NCBI GenBank assembly: GCA_963724765.1
Contig: CAVRVY010000004.1
Location: 1,504,001 to 1,568,000 of the forward strand
Origin: an uncultured delta proteobacterium
Lineage (GTDB): Bacteria; Desulfobacterota; Binatia; Binatales; Binataceae
Reading direction: 5' to 3'
DNA: 64,000 nt
The notes beneath the pieces were generated by a model. It was not told the origin of the DNA. It did not search any database and was given only the letters and a program-made list of their open reading frames with translations. Shown here piece after piece: positions 50,875-60,136 of this stretch (positions are counted from its first letter, which is position 1; each line of letters opens with the position of its first letter). Made by a program: the position numbers and the translations under genes.

Positions 50875-52025
50875 AATTTGTCGACGAATTCCGTTCCGAG
50901 CCGCTGGCGCACCGGCTGGCCGCCCAAATCGCGGAGGTCGCGGGAAGTCGGCCCTATCAAATCATGGAAGTGTGCGGCGGCCATACTCACACCATCTACA
51001 AGCACGGACTTGAAGATTACCTGCCGGCAAATATCACGCTGGTTCACGGCCCCGGATGCCCAGTCTGCGTGATCCCGATGGGCCGTCTGGACGATGCCAT
51101 CTTTATCGCGGAGCAGAAAGATGTGATTTTCACGTCGTTCGGCGACATGATGAGGGTGCCAGGCGGACGCGGATCGTTTCTCGACGCGAAGGCGCGCGGC
51201 GCGGACATCCGGATCGTCTATTCGCCGCTCGACGCGCTCGGTATCGCGCGACGCAATCCGGATAAGCGCGTGGTGTTCTTCGCGATCGGCTTCGAAACCA
51301 CTGCGCCGTCGACCGCGGTCACTCTACTGCGCGCGAAAGCTGAGGGAATCGAAAACTTTTCGATTTTCTGCAATCACGTGACTATCATTCCGGCGATCAA
51401 GGCGATCCTCGATTCGCCCGACCTGCGGCTCAGCGGCTTTATTGGGCCCGGTCACGTGTCGACGATAATCGGATGCCGTCCTTATGAATTCATCTCGCGC
51501 AACTATGGCAAACCGATCGTGGTCGGCGGATTCGAGCCGCTCGACATCTTGCAATCGATTTACATGATCCTCAAACAGATAACGGACGGGCGCGTTGAAG
51601 TTGAAAATCAGTACACGCGCGCCGTGAACTGGGACGGCAATTCCCGCGCGCTCAAAGCTTTGAGCGAGACCATGGAGCTGCGGCCGTTCTTCGAGTGGCG
51701 CGGCCTCGGTTTTATCTCGTATTCAGCGCTCACGTTGCGGGCGGCCTACGCCGAGTATGACGCCGAGCGAATTTTTGCGTTGCCGGGAGTGCGCGTCGCC
51801 GATCCGAAGGCATGCCAGTGTGGTGAGGTCCTCAAAGGCGTGTTGAAGCCGTGGCAGTGTAAGGTGTTCGGAACCGCATGCACCCCTGAAACGCCGATCG
51901 GCAGCTGCATGGTGTCGTCGGAAGGCGCGTGTGCCGCGTACTACAACTACGGCCGGTTTACCCGCGAGAGAATTCGCGACGCCGCGAATGGTACGAACCC
52001 GGTTGACGCACGATGCAAAAGCTAA
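50871..52025 (+). CDS. hypD: Hydrogenase formation protein HypD
   Basis: MEVCGGHT, GPGCPVC, GFETTAP, PGHVS and CMVSSEGAC motifs. Confidence 0.97.
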   Translation: MKFVDEFRSEPLAHRLAAQIAEVAGSRPYQIMEVCGGHTHTIYKHGLEDYLPANITLVHGPGCPVCVIPMGRLDDAIFIAEQKDVIFTSFGDMMRVPGGRGSFLDAKARGADIRIVYSPLDALGIARRNPDKRVVFFAIGFETTAPSTAVTLLRAKAEGIENFSIFCNHVTIIPAIKAILDSPDLRLSGFIGPGHVSTIIGCRPYEFISRNYGKPIVVGGFEPLDILQSIYMILKQITDGRVEVENQYTRAVNWDGNSRALKALSETMELRPFFEWRGLGFISYSALTLRAAYAEYDAERIFALPGVRVADPKACQCGEVLKGVLKPWQCKVFGTACTPETPIGSCMVSSEGACAAYYNYGRFTRERIRDAANGTNPVDARCKS

Positions 52026-53191
52026 ACACCATCGATGCGAATCCTCTGTCTGGCGATCGAGCCGAAGACGCGATTCGCGAAAACTGCGCGAATCATAACC
52101 ACGCCGCCAACGATTTACGTAGCATCACGGAGCGCGACGTGCTTGCGCGGCTTGAGGGTGCCAGGACCAGGAAAGCACGCATCCGTGAGGACCGTATCAC
52201 GCTCGCACACGGAGCCGGCGGCAAAGCGACGCACTCGCTAATCGAGGCGATGTTCCTCGAAGGCTTTCGCAATCCGATCCTGGAGGCGATGGAAGATCAA
52301 GCGGTGCTGCACGTGGGGGACGCACGGCTCGCCTTTACCACCGATTCGTTCGTAGTCTCGCCCCTGTTTTTTCCTGGCGGAAATATCGGCGACCTCGCGG
52401 TAAACGGAACGGTGAACGACCTCGCGGTGGGCGGAGCCCGCCCGCTCTACTTGTCGGCAGGATTCATTCTCGAAGAAGGATTTCCGATTAGTGATCTGAG
52501 CCGCATCGTCACCTCGATGAAATCCGCGGCACAGGCCGCCGGCATGCAAATCGTCACCGGCGACACCAAGGTGGTGCAAAGAGGGAAAGGCGACGGCTGC
52601 TACATCAACACCTCGGGCGTCGGCGTGATCGACCGGCCGGTGAGCCTCAGCGCCGCGAGCTGCCGTCCCGGCGACGCGGTGATTGTGTCGGGGCCGATCG
52701 GGGAGCACGGGATCACGATCATGCTGGCGCGCGGTGAGCTTGAAATCGAAGCCGATATAGCATCGGATACGGCGCCACTGGCCGCGCTGGTGGAGCGGAT
52801 CCTCGATGCGGCACCGCAGGCGCGATGCATGCGTGACGCGACCAGGGGCGGCGTCGCGACCGTACTCAACGAGATCGCGGCGGCTTCGGGAGTCGCTATT
52901 ATGATCGATGAATCCGCCGTGCCGATTCGTGAAGAAGTAGCCGGCGCGTGTGAACTTCTGGGAATCGATCCGCTTCACGTCGCCTGCGAAGGCAGGCTGG
53001 TAGCAATCGTCGGCGACGAATCCGCGCAAGCAGTCCTAACGGCGATTCGCTCCGGGCCCTATGGCGACGGCGCGAGCATCATCGGCCGAGTGAAAGCCGA
53101 CCCGGTGGGGATTGTGCTGCTGAAGACATGCTTTGGCGGTACTCGAATTCTGGATCTGTTGATTGGAGATCCGTTGCCGCGCATCTGCTGA
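52013..53191 (+). CDS. hypE: Carbamoyl dehydratase HypE
   Basis: AHGAGG, TTDSFVV, GTVNDLA, GDTKVV, RDATRGG and terminal LPRIC. Confidence 0.97.
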   Translation: MQKLNTIDANPLSGDRAEDAIRENCANHNHAANDLRSITERDVLARLEGARTRKARIREDRITLAHGAGGKATHSLIEAMFLEGFRNPILEAMEDQAVLHVGDARLAFTTDSFVVSPLFFPGGNIGDLAVNGTVNDLAVGGARPLYLSAGFILEEGFPISDLSRIVTSMKSAAQAAGMQIVTGDTKVVQRGKGDGCYINTSGVGVIDRPVSLSAASCRPGDAVIVSGPIGEHGITIMLARGELEIEADIASDTAPLAALVERILDAAPQARCMRDATRGGVATVLNEIAAASGVAIMIDESAVPIREEVAGACELLGIDPLHVACEGRLVAIVGDESAQAVLTAIRSGPYGDGASIIGRVKADPVGIVLLKTCFGGTRILDLLIGDPLPRIC

Positions 53192-53211
53192 CGACGGGAC
53201 TGGAAAAACTA

Positions 53212-53535
53212 ATGTGCCTGGGAATTCCGGGGCGAATCATTTCGATCGAGACGGAACATTGCGATCTTGGCGAGGTCGAGGTCGCCGATGTTACGCGCAA
53301 GATCAACCTCGGAATTCTCGCGGACCGGCCATCCGTCGGTGACTGGGTGCTGATTCAGTCCGGATTCGCGATCGAGCGCATCGACGAGGAGCGCGCTCGA
53401 GCGCAAATGGAACTGCTTAATCGCTATACCGGCGGTCCGCCTATGGATGACGACGGGCTCGCGAGTGAGAACACCGAATTCGATTGGGAGAGAATGCTTA
53501 TGACACGCTCGAATTCGGGAGCGGAGGAAGAATAG
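53212..53535 (+). CDS. hypC: Second HypC paralogue
   Basis: MCLGIPG...VGDWVLIQSGFA (conserved His replaced by Gln) with an acidic C-terminal tail. Confidence 0.88.
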   Translation: MCLGIPGRIISIETEHCDLGEVEVADVTRKINLGILADRPSVGDWVLIQSGFAIERIDEERARAQMELLNRYTGGPPMDDDGLASENTEFDWERMLMTRSNSGAEEE

Positions 53536-53542
53536 GAAGCCG

Positions 53543-53827
53543 ATGAAATTCCTGGTCATGTGGCGAATCGAACTTTCGCTGATGTCGCGCGGCGTCGTCG
53601 ATGCGGTTCTCAAGATGGCCGACTACGCTGGGCCACTGGAGAAAAGCCACAAAGTTCTCTCGCGCTACCATATTCCGGGAGCGCATGGCGGCGCCTGGAT
53701 ATACGAGGTCGACTCCAACGAAGAGTTGGATATGCTGCTCGCGCGGTCGCCGGTCTATAACGTCGCGCGGTACGAAGTGCTACCACTTGCGGAGATGATT
53801 CCTCCGAAATTACGGGCCTCGAGCTGA
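53543..53827 (+). CDS. Muconolactone isomerase-like dimeric alpha/beta-barrel protein
   Basis: MKFLV...G..G...IYEVDSNEEL..LL...P.Y...YEV.PL pattern. Confidence 0.6.
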   Translation: MKFLVMWRIELSLMSRGVVDAVLKMADYAGPLEKSHKVLSRYHIPGAHGGAWIYEVDSNEELDMLLARSPVYNVARYEVLPLAEMIPPKLRASS

Positions 53828-53832
53828 CGCCG

Positions 53833-56142
53833 ATGGACGCTGGAATCGATTCTGCGCGCGCCAATCGACGAGCGCGCGTGCGCATCCGCCTCGACGGTAT
53901 CGTGCAGGGAGTCGGCTTTCGGCCCTTCGTGTATTCGCTGGCCTCGCGGATAGCGCTGTCGGGTTTTGTACGCAACGATTCGCGCGGCGTTGTGATCGAA
54001 GTCGAGGGAGCGCAGGATCAACTTTACGAGTTTATCGATAAATTGCAGTCGGAAGCGCCGCCGCTCGCGGCTATAGAGCTTATCGAGAGCCTGGCGATCC
54101 CTTTGGCCGGTGAAGGCCGGTTCGAGATAAACGAAAGCGACGGCGCGGGCGATCGCGAAGTTTTGGTCGCACCGGATATCGCCACCTGCGACGATTGTGT
54201 GCGAGAGATTTTTACCCGCAGTGATCGCCGCTTTCGCTACCCGTTCAACAACTGCACCAACTGCGGCCCGCGCTTCACGATTGTGACTGGTGTGCCATAC
54301 GACCGCCCGCTCACCACCATGGCGCGCTTCGCGATGTGTCTCGAATGCGCTCGCGAATATAGCGATCCGCTGAACCGGAGATTTCATGCGCAGCCTGTCT
54401 CATGTTCGCGATGCGGCCCGGTGTTACGGCTGATCGATTGCGGCGGGAATTCCGTTGCCGGAGATCCGATTCGGGCTGCCGCTGATCGATTGCGATCTGG
54501 GCAGATAGTTGCGGTCAAGGGACTTGGCGGATTCCATCTTGCGGCAGACGCCACTAATGAAAGCACGGTCGCCGAGCTACGCGGGCGTAAGTATCGCGAG
54601 CACAAGCCGTTCGCGGTCATGGTGCGCGATATAGCCGCGGCACGTGAACTAGCCGAAATCGATAGCGTCGAAGAACAATCGATAACGGGTGCGCGGCGGC
54701 CGATCGTGCTTCTGCACCGCGTCGCGGACACAAATCTTGCGGCGTCGGTAGCCCCGGCCAATCGCGATATCGGCCTCATGCTGCCGTATACGCCGATCCA
54801 TCATCTGCTGTGTGCGGAACTCGCCCGACCGCTCGTACTCACCAGCGGAAACGTTTCCGACGAACCGATCGCTTACCTCGACGCCGACGCCGCTGAGCGG
54901 CTGGGCGCTATTGCGGATTGCTTCCTGATCCACGACCGACCAATTCACATCCGCACCGATGATTCTGTCATTCGACTGGTTCGCGGGCAGGAGTATCCGA
55001 TTCGCCGGTCGCGCGGCTATGCGCCTCAGCCGCTGCTGACACCGCTCAGTGCCCGCCGCCCGGTTCTTGCCTGCGGCGCCGAATTGAAAAGCACTTTTTG
55101 TCTGGTGAAGGGCAACCGTGCCTTTGTGTCGCATCACATTGGCGATCTGGAAAACTACGAAACCTTGCGGGCCTACGTCGATGGCATCGATCATTTTCGC
55201 AGCCTGTTCGGAATCGAACCGCAGGTAGTCGCGCATGATCTGCATCCTGAATATCTCTCCACCAAGTACGCCATGGAGCTCGAGGGTGTCCAACTGATCG
55301 GCATTCAGCATCACCACGCGCACGTCGCGTCATGCCTGGCCGACAATCAGGAGCGGGGTCCTGCGATAGGGGTAGCCCTGGACGGACTCGGCTATGGGAT
55401 CGATTCGACATTTTGGGGCGGTGAGTTTCTTGTTGCCGATCTAAAATGCTTCAAGCGACTTGGCCATTTCGAGAACGTTTTGATGCCTGGCGGCGCCGCC
55501 GCAATCAAACAGCCGTGGCGGATGGCGGCCGCCTACCTTGATCTGCTTTTCGGCGATTCCATTCCCGAATGGTTGGAGGTGTTTCAGCGCAATTCCATGC
55601 GCTGGCGCAAGGTGGTACAGCTTGCTCGTGCGCCAATTAATTCGCCGGCAACCTCAAGCGTGGGGCGGCTGTTCGATGCGGTTGCGGCGATACTCGGTAT
55701 TCGCGATTCGATCGACTACGAAGGCCAGGCCGCAGTCGAGCTTGAGCAGCATGCGATCGCGTCCGAGTCGTCCTCCTACGAGATCGATATCGATCCGGGC
55801 GAAGCGTTGCTGCCGCGCGGAACCGATCTGATCCGTGCCGTTGTCGAAGATCTTCGCGACAATGTGTCAATCGGAATAATTGCCGCTCGATTTCACAACA
55901 CGCTGGCACAAATGATCGCCGATACGTGCCGGATTGTTCGCTCGCGCACCGGACATAACACGGTAGCACTGAGCGGCGGCGTCTTTCAGAATATGCTTCT
56001 CTTGAACCGGACGGTGCGTACGCTCAAGGAACAAGGCTTTCGCACGCTCACCCATCACAATGTTCCAACCAACGACGGCGGGGTCAGTCTCGGACAGGCC
56101 GCGATCGCGGTTGCGCGGGATAGCTCCGCTTTAAGACGGTAG
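53833..56142 (+). CDS. hypF: Carbamoyltransferase HypF
   Basis: GIVQGVGFRPF, two zinc fingers (CDDC/CTNC, CLEC/CSRC), KGLGGFHL, QHHHAH and NDGGVSLGQ motifs. Confidence 0.97.
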   Translation: MDAGIDSARANRRARVRIRLDGIVQGVGFRPFVYSLASRIALSGFVRNDSRGVVIEVEGAQDQLYEFIDKLQSEAPPLAAIELIESLAIPLAGEGRFEINESDGAGDREVLVAPDIATCDDCVREIFTRSDRRFRYPFNNCTNCGPRFTIVTGVPYDRPLTTMARFAMCLECAREYSDPLNRRFHAQPVSCSRCGPVLRLIDCGGNSVAGDPIRAAADRLRSGQIVAVKGLGGFHLAADATNESTVAELRGRKYREHKPFAVMVRDIAAARELAEIDSVEEQSITGARRPIVLLHRVADTNLAASVAPANRDIGLMLPYTPIHHLLCAELARPLVLTSGNVSDEPIAYLDADAAERLGAIADCFLIHDRPIHIRTDDSVIRLVRGQEYPIRRSRGYAPQPLLTPLSARRPVLACGAELKSTFCLVKGNRAFVSHHIGDLENYETLRAYVDGIDHFRSLFGIEPQVVAHDLHPEYLSTKYAMELEGVQLIGIQHHHAHVASCLADNQERGPAIGVALDGLGYGIDSTFWGGEFLVADLKCFKRLGHFENVLMPGGAAAIKQPWRMAAAYLDLLFGDSIPEWLEVFQRNSMRWRKVVQLARAPINSPATSSVGRLFDAVAAILGIRDSIDYEGQAAVELEQHAIASESSSYEIDIDPGEALLPRGTDLIRAVVEDLRDNVSIGIIAARFHNTLAQMIADTCRIVRSRTGHNTVALSGGVFQNMLLLNRTVRTLKEQGFRTLTHHNVPTNDGGVSLGQAAIAVARDSSALRR

Positions 56143-56148
56143 TGCCGG

Positions 56149-56850
56149 ATGTCCACTGACAAAGAGCAGATCGGCGATTCAGCCGGAGACCTTTCCGCAT
56201 CCGAGAGGCACGTAGCGAAAGAACGCAGCGCGTTGCGAGCGGCGGTAATCCACGAGGCAATTCGTACCGAAGGTGAAGCGGAGCTGCGGCGCCCGGCTAG
56301 CGCGTTGATCTGGTCTGGTGTCGCAGCGGGACTTTCGATGGGTTTCTCGCTGGCCGCGATGGGACTTATACTCTCGTCTGCCGGATACTCCGTGGCGATC
56401 GTTGATCACCGATTTCGGCTATACAGTTGGCTTCCTTGCAGTGATTCTTGGCCGTCAGCATCTCTACACTGAAAATACTTTGACCGTCATGCTTCCGCTG
56501 CTTACCAATCGAGACCGAAAAACCCCGTGGGCCATGCTCCGCTTGTGGAGCATCGTCCTCATCGCGAACGTGTTCGGCGCGGGAATGATCGCGTGGGCGC
56601 CTTTCTGATCCCTACCGCGATAGGCAATACGATCGGCAGAACTGATGTCTTCAGGCCGGAAGTTCACGCAGCGTTCGCGGAAGTCGCGATGCTCACCGTA
56701 AAAGGAAAATGGGCCACCGTGCTGCTCCGTGGACTATTCGCGGGCTGGATCATCGCGATGATGGTATGGATGATGCCGGCGTCAGATTCGTCCCGGCCCG
56801 CGATCATCATCTTCAGGGTCGGCCCTGAATCGAGATCGAACTACCTCTGA
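56149..56850 (+). pseudogene. Formate/nitrite transporter (YfdC-like), disrupted
   Basis: EGEAELRRP..AL.WSG.AAGLSMG, LGRQHLYTENT and AGWIIAMMVW motifs spread over three frames; truncated. Confidence 0.85.
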
Positions 56851-57231
56851 TAAAGAAATTCTCAGACGACGGCGTGCCGGCTGCGGAACAACCGTTGGTC
56901 AGCGAGAGCTGGTACTAGTCAGACGGCGAGCCGTTCGTAGCGATAATGCAGCTGAGAAGTTCAACACCGGAGAGCAAATGAACACCGACTGGTTGTAGGT
57001 CGGCCTCGCCGACATTCCGCCCGGTGTCCCTACCAAATATCTCATCTGAAAGAGAATTAAGACAGGTGAAAGAGCCAAGAGCGACCAGCTGCAATGAAAT
57101 GACGTGGGTTGCAGGCTGGACCATGGGGCCTGTCAAATGATCGAGATGTCCGCATTTCGGATTCGAGGATCCGCGGACGAAATGGTATCGGCTGCCGCAC
57201 GATCAAATCGTAGAGAAGTAGATGACGCCTG

Positions 57232-57370
57232 TCAGGCCGCGAGGCGTTCGTAGCGATGGTGTAGGCCACCGGCCTGCGGGATGGCGATGACCTTGCCGCG
57301 TGTGGGTGGCTGGACGGGTCGAGAATCTGGACAATCTTTGTCCAGTGAGAGATGGGTCCGGGTGCGGTGG
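57232..57370 (-). mobile_element. C-terminal remnant of an integrase-core-domain transposase
   Basis: HRTRTHLSLDKDCP..RPVQP...GKVIAIPQAGGLHHRYERLAA and stop. Confidence 0.75.
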
Positions 57371-57533
57371 CGCAGTTCGGCTTCGCTGCGTTGCCAATTC
57401 GGGAATTTCCCGAACGCGGCGGCCAAGGCTCCCAGCGTCGCCTGTCCATGGGCGCCGGGTCGGACAGGCGCCCCGATTTGAATAGCCTAACCTCTACAAC
57501 CTGCGCCGAGCACAATCGCCGTTTTTCGGAAGA

Positions 57534-58328
57534 TCAAGAATCGACCAAGTAGAGGCGCCATCTATCGGGCACGCCTTTGAGGTTGTGAACGCCACGATCC
57601 TTAAACCTGATTCCCGACTCGGGCACCAGGTCCTTCACCGCGCTCGAGACCAATACTTCGCTGGCGCCCGCCTTTGCAGTTATACGCGCGCCAATATGAA
57701 TCGCGATGCCGACGACCTCATCTCCAATCAATTCGTATTCGCCCGCATGCAGCCCCGCCCTGATCTCCAGCCCGAGAGTGCGGACGGCCTCACGGATTGC
57801 AGCCGCGCATCGAATCGCCCTGGTTGGCGCCTGGAACGTGGCGAGCATTCCGTCACCTGTAGTGATTACCTCTCTTCCGCGCTCCGCGCGCAGCTCTCTA
57901 CGCACCGCGGCGTAATAGTGATTCATTACCTCCGACCAGCGACGGTCGCCGAGTCGCGCGGCTTTCTCAGTCGAGCGAACAATATCGACAAACAGAGTCG
58001 TGGCAAGCATGCGATCTAACTCAACGTTATGGCGCGCCGGACGTCGCCGGATGGGCACGTTTTCCAGTAGCCGTTCATATTGATGGCCCACCCGCCGTGA
58101 AATTGCGTTTTTCACGTAGTCTCTTGCGCGTTCCTCCGTGCGACAGCGAACAGTTTTTTGCCGAGGTGCATCCGTCCAGAAGATCCGTCTGCCGCGACCC
58201 GCTCCACGGACCTCGACGGCGCCCCACTTCAAGAGCACAGTCGATCCGACCCGGCGAACCGACCATGCTTTGGACGTATATCCGGACACATTCGAATGAT
58301 GAACTCCGATCCGGAGAAACTTCGCCAT
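57534..58328 (-). CDS. Class III adenylate/guanylate cyclase with N-terminal WGR-like domain
   Basis: LFVDIVRST, TGDG.LATF, IRAGLHAGE, GIAIHIGARI and LKGVP motifs. N-terminal ~90 aa fit W.V...G..V...WG......EE.A......I.......Y. Confidence 0.85.
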   Translation of the reverse strand: MAKFLRIGVHHSNVSGYTSKAWSVRRVGSTVLLKWGAVEVRGAGRGRRIFWTDAPRQKTVRCRTEERARDYVKNAISRRVGHQYERLLENVPIRRRPARHNVELDRMLATTLFVDIVRSTEKAARLGDRRWSEVMNHYYAAVRRELRAERGREVITTGDGMLATFQAPTRAIRCAAAIREAVRTLGLEIRAGLHAGEYELIGDEVVGIAIHIGARITAKAGASEVLVSSAVKDLVPESGIRFKDRGVHNLKGVPDRWRLYLVDS

Positions 58329-58742
58329 TGGCGTTTCTTGCTTTCGAGGTGGATGTTTAACCGACTAGGACCCAAAGTTTGATCACGCGTGCCGTCGTTT
58401 TGCAACGCTCTCCTTCAGGCAGAGGTACGCTGAGGGCATTCCTCCTCGAAAATTAATCCGCACCTAATTATTGGCCGGTCTCGACCGACGGGCTGTAACC
58501 GACCTTCACACTGATGTCGACCGGGGCCGCGACCCGCGTGTGTTTGGAAATGCTCAGCATAGACGAAGCTGTTTATATAAGCATCGCATGATAGCTACCT
58601 AGCGGGGGGCCTTGCACGAAGAATGTCCGGCCACGGCACGACCGCTTTTCCTCCGGGATGAGTTCGCGGAAAGCGCTTTGTCACCGAGTCTGGAATTGTG
58701 ATTAGTTGAATTGATCGCAAGTGAAAACTGGAGGAATGGAAG

Positions 58743-59048
58743 ATGTACGTATCACGGCTTCTTTTTCATACCGTTCCTGGCAAGACGGGCGAGGTTGAAC
58801 GGGAGCTTAAGAAATTGCGCGAGATGGTGACGAGTGCCGGGGGCGCCGACGCGCGCATCCTGCACATCCACTTCGCATCTCTCGGCGCGCCTGATGCAGT
58901 GTTCGAGCAAAAGGCGCCCGACCTGTCGGCACTCGAAGAGCAGATAAGCAAGCTCACCCATAGCTCAGAATTTCAGACGTGGAGCCGTCGGATGTCCGCG
59001 CTGCTCGTCCAGTCGCCCAAGCGTGAGGTCTACATAGTTGCGAATTGA
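58743..59048 (+). CDS. Small dimeric alpha/beta-barrel (NIPSNAP/ABM-like) hypothetical protein
   Basis: GGAGG RBS; F...PGK..EVE..L...FE....LSALE...FQ.W...REVY pattern. Confidence 0.65.
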   Translation: MYVSRLLFHTVPGKTGEVERELKKLREMVTSAGGADARILHIHFASLGAPDAVFEQKAPDLSALEEQISKLTHSSEFQTWSRRMSALLVQSPKREVYIVAN

Positions 59049-59430
59049 CTCGCGCCGCATAACAGCCACTTTTTTTACCGCCCAAAACGTGAAGGACACC
59101 GAGATACTCCGGCAGGGAGAGAGATTAAGCTTTTCCTCCCCGTGGCGCCGGGGAGGAGATTCTCCGGTGTCCTTCAAATCACGTGAAGGCCGCGGGCACG
59201 CGGCAGTTTCGCTCAGTTCTTCAGAGAATCCGGAGATTTTGAGACTGGTTGGCGGATGACCCAGTCAGGGGCGAACTCCTCTCCCCGGCCTGCCAACCGG
59301 TTGACACTCTAGCTGCGGTTGGCAAACCCCTATTTCCGGACTTTCCGGACTCGCTTGCGCGCGCGCGATGGCGTGAATAGTCAATCCAACCAATATAAGC
59401 AAACATCGTTTGAATGTTGTCCGATGTTAC

Positions 59431-59686
59431 CTGTGCGTCCCGAAAACTTTGTCCGGGATGACGGTCGGGTGGGCGTATGGTAATGAAGCGGCCGATGGTC
59501 GCGTTTCTGATCCAGCTGTTGTGTGGTATCCGGTCGCGGTTCACGGGGCGAGCGCGGCTTGAGGCCGAGAATCTCCTCCTGCGCCAACAACTGATAGTTC
59601 TAGGGCGGGAGTCCCCGACGCGCGTGAGACTGTGGAACATCGATCGCTTGCTGTTGGTATGGCTGTACCGACTGTACCCGTCTGTC
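59431..59686 (+). mobile_element. 5' end and N-terminal remnant of an integrase-core-domain transposase
   Basis: MVAFLIQLL..IRSRF..RARLEAENLLLRQQLIVL.R..P.R......DRLLLVWLYRLYP, truncated near 59686; IS-end-like TGTGCGTCCCGAAAAC upstream. Confidence 0.7.
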
Positions 59687-59742
59687 TGGCACGTGCAGAA
59701 TACCCCACTCTCCGTGGGAGAATATCGATCTGAATTTGGGCC

Positions 59743-59790
59743 ATGTGCCATTAGGGTGCCTGCTGAATAGGGTGCCAATAGGTGCCATAG
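59743..59790. repeat. Clustered GTGCC direct repeats (possible integrase arm sites)
   Basis: ATGTGCCA, TAGGGTGCC, ATAGGGTGCCA and ATAGGTGCCA within about 48 bp. Confidence 0.55.
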
Positions 59791-60131
59791 CGTTCACTGC
59801 GGGGTAGCCGCCGCCGCTTCCGGGGTAACGCCGCCTTTTTATTCGGCTCGGAATTACAGCGGATAAACTGGTGCACGGTCGATGGAACCGGCAACGTGAT
59901 CCCCGACCGGCGCACGATATCCTTTAAGTATTCCTGCGCGCGTTCGCGGGAGCCGTCAGCCGGGGCGCCGCCGCTCTGGCGTTCCACTTCTCCTTCGATC
60001 CAGATAAGCAGGTAGTTCGTAAGCTGCGTGCGCAGGTGCAGATATTTCAGGTTGGTCAGATCGCGAGGCATGACCCAGACCTGCTGAATCAGTTCATCGA
60101 TAAAATTCTCGAACGATCCCTGCTTAGCCAT
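59751..60131 (-). CDS. Hypothetical protein
   Basis: 126-aa ORF starting 5 bp downstream of the primase stop; no motif recognised. Confidence 0.5.
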   Translation of the reverse strand: MAKQGSFENFIDELIQQVWVMPRDLTNLKYLHLRTQLTNYLLIWIEGEVERQSGGAPADGSRERAQEYLKDIVRRSGITLPVPSTVHQFIRCNSEPNKKAALPRKRRRLPRSERYGTYWHPIQQAP

Positions 60132-60136
60132 TGATT

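Noticed and set aside
57534-59048. Calling the cyclase a Pycsar system
   Set aside because: No adjacent cNMP-binding TIR or transmembrane effector; the core resembles LipJ/Rv1900c-type cyclases.
59698-59714. GAATACCCCACTCTCCG as a tRNA-Ser-derived att core
   Set aside because: Resemblance is weak (no GTTCG, no CCA) and no partner site is in the window.
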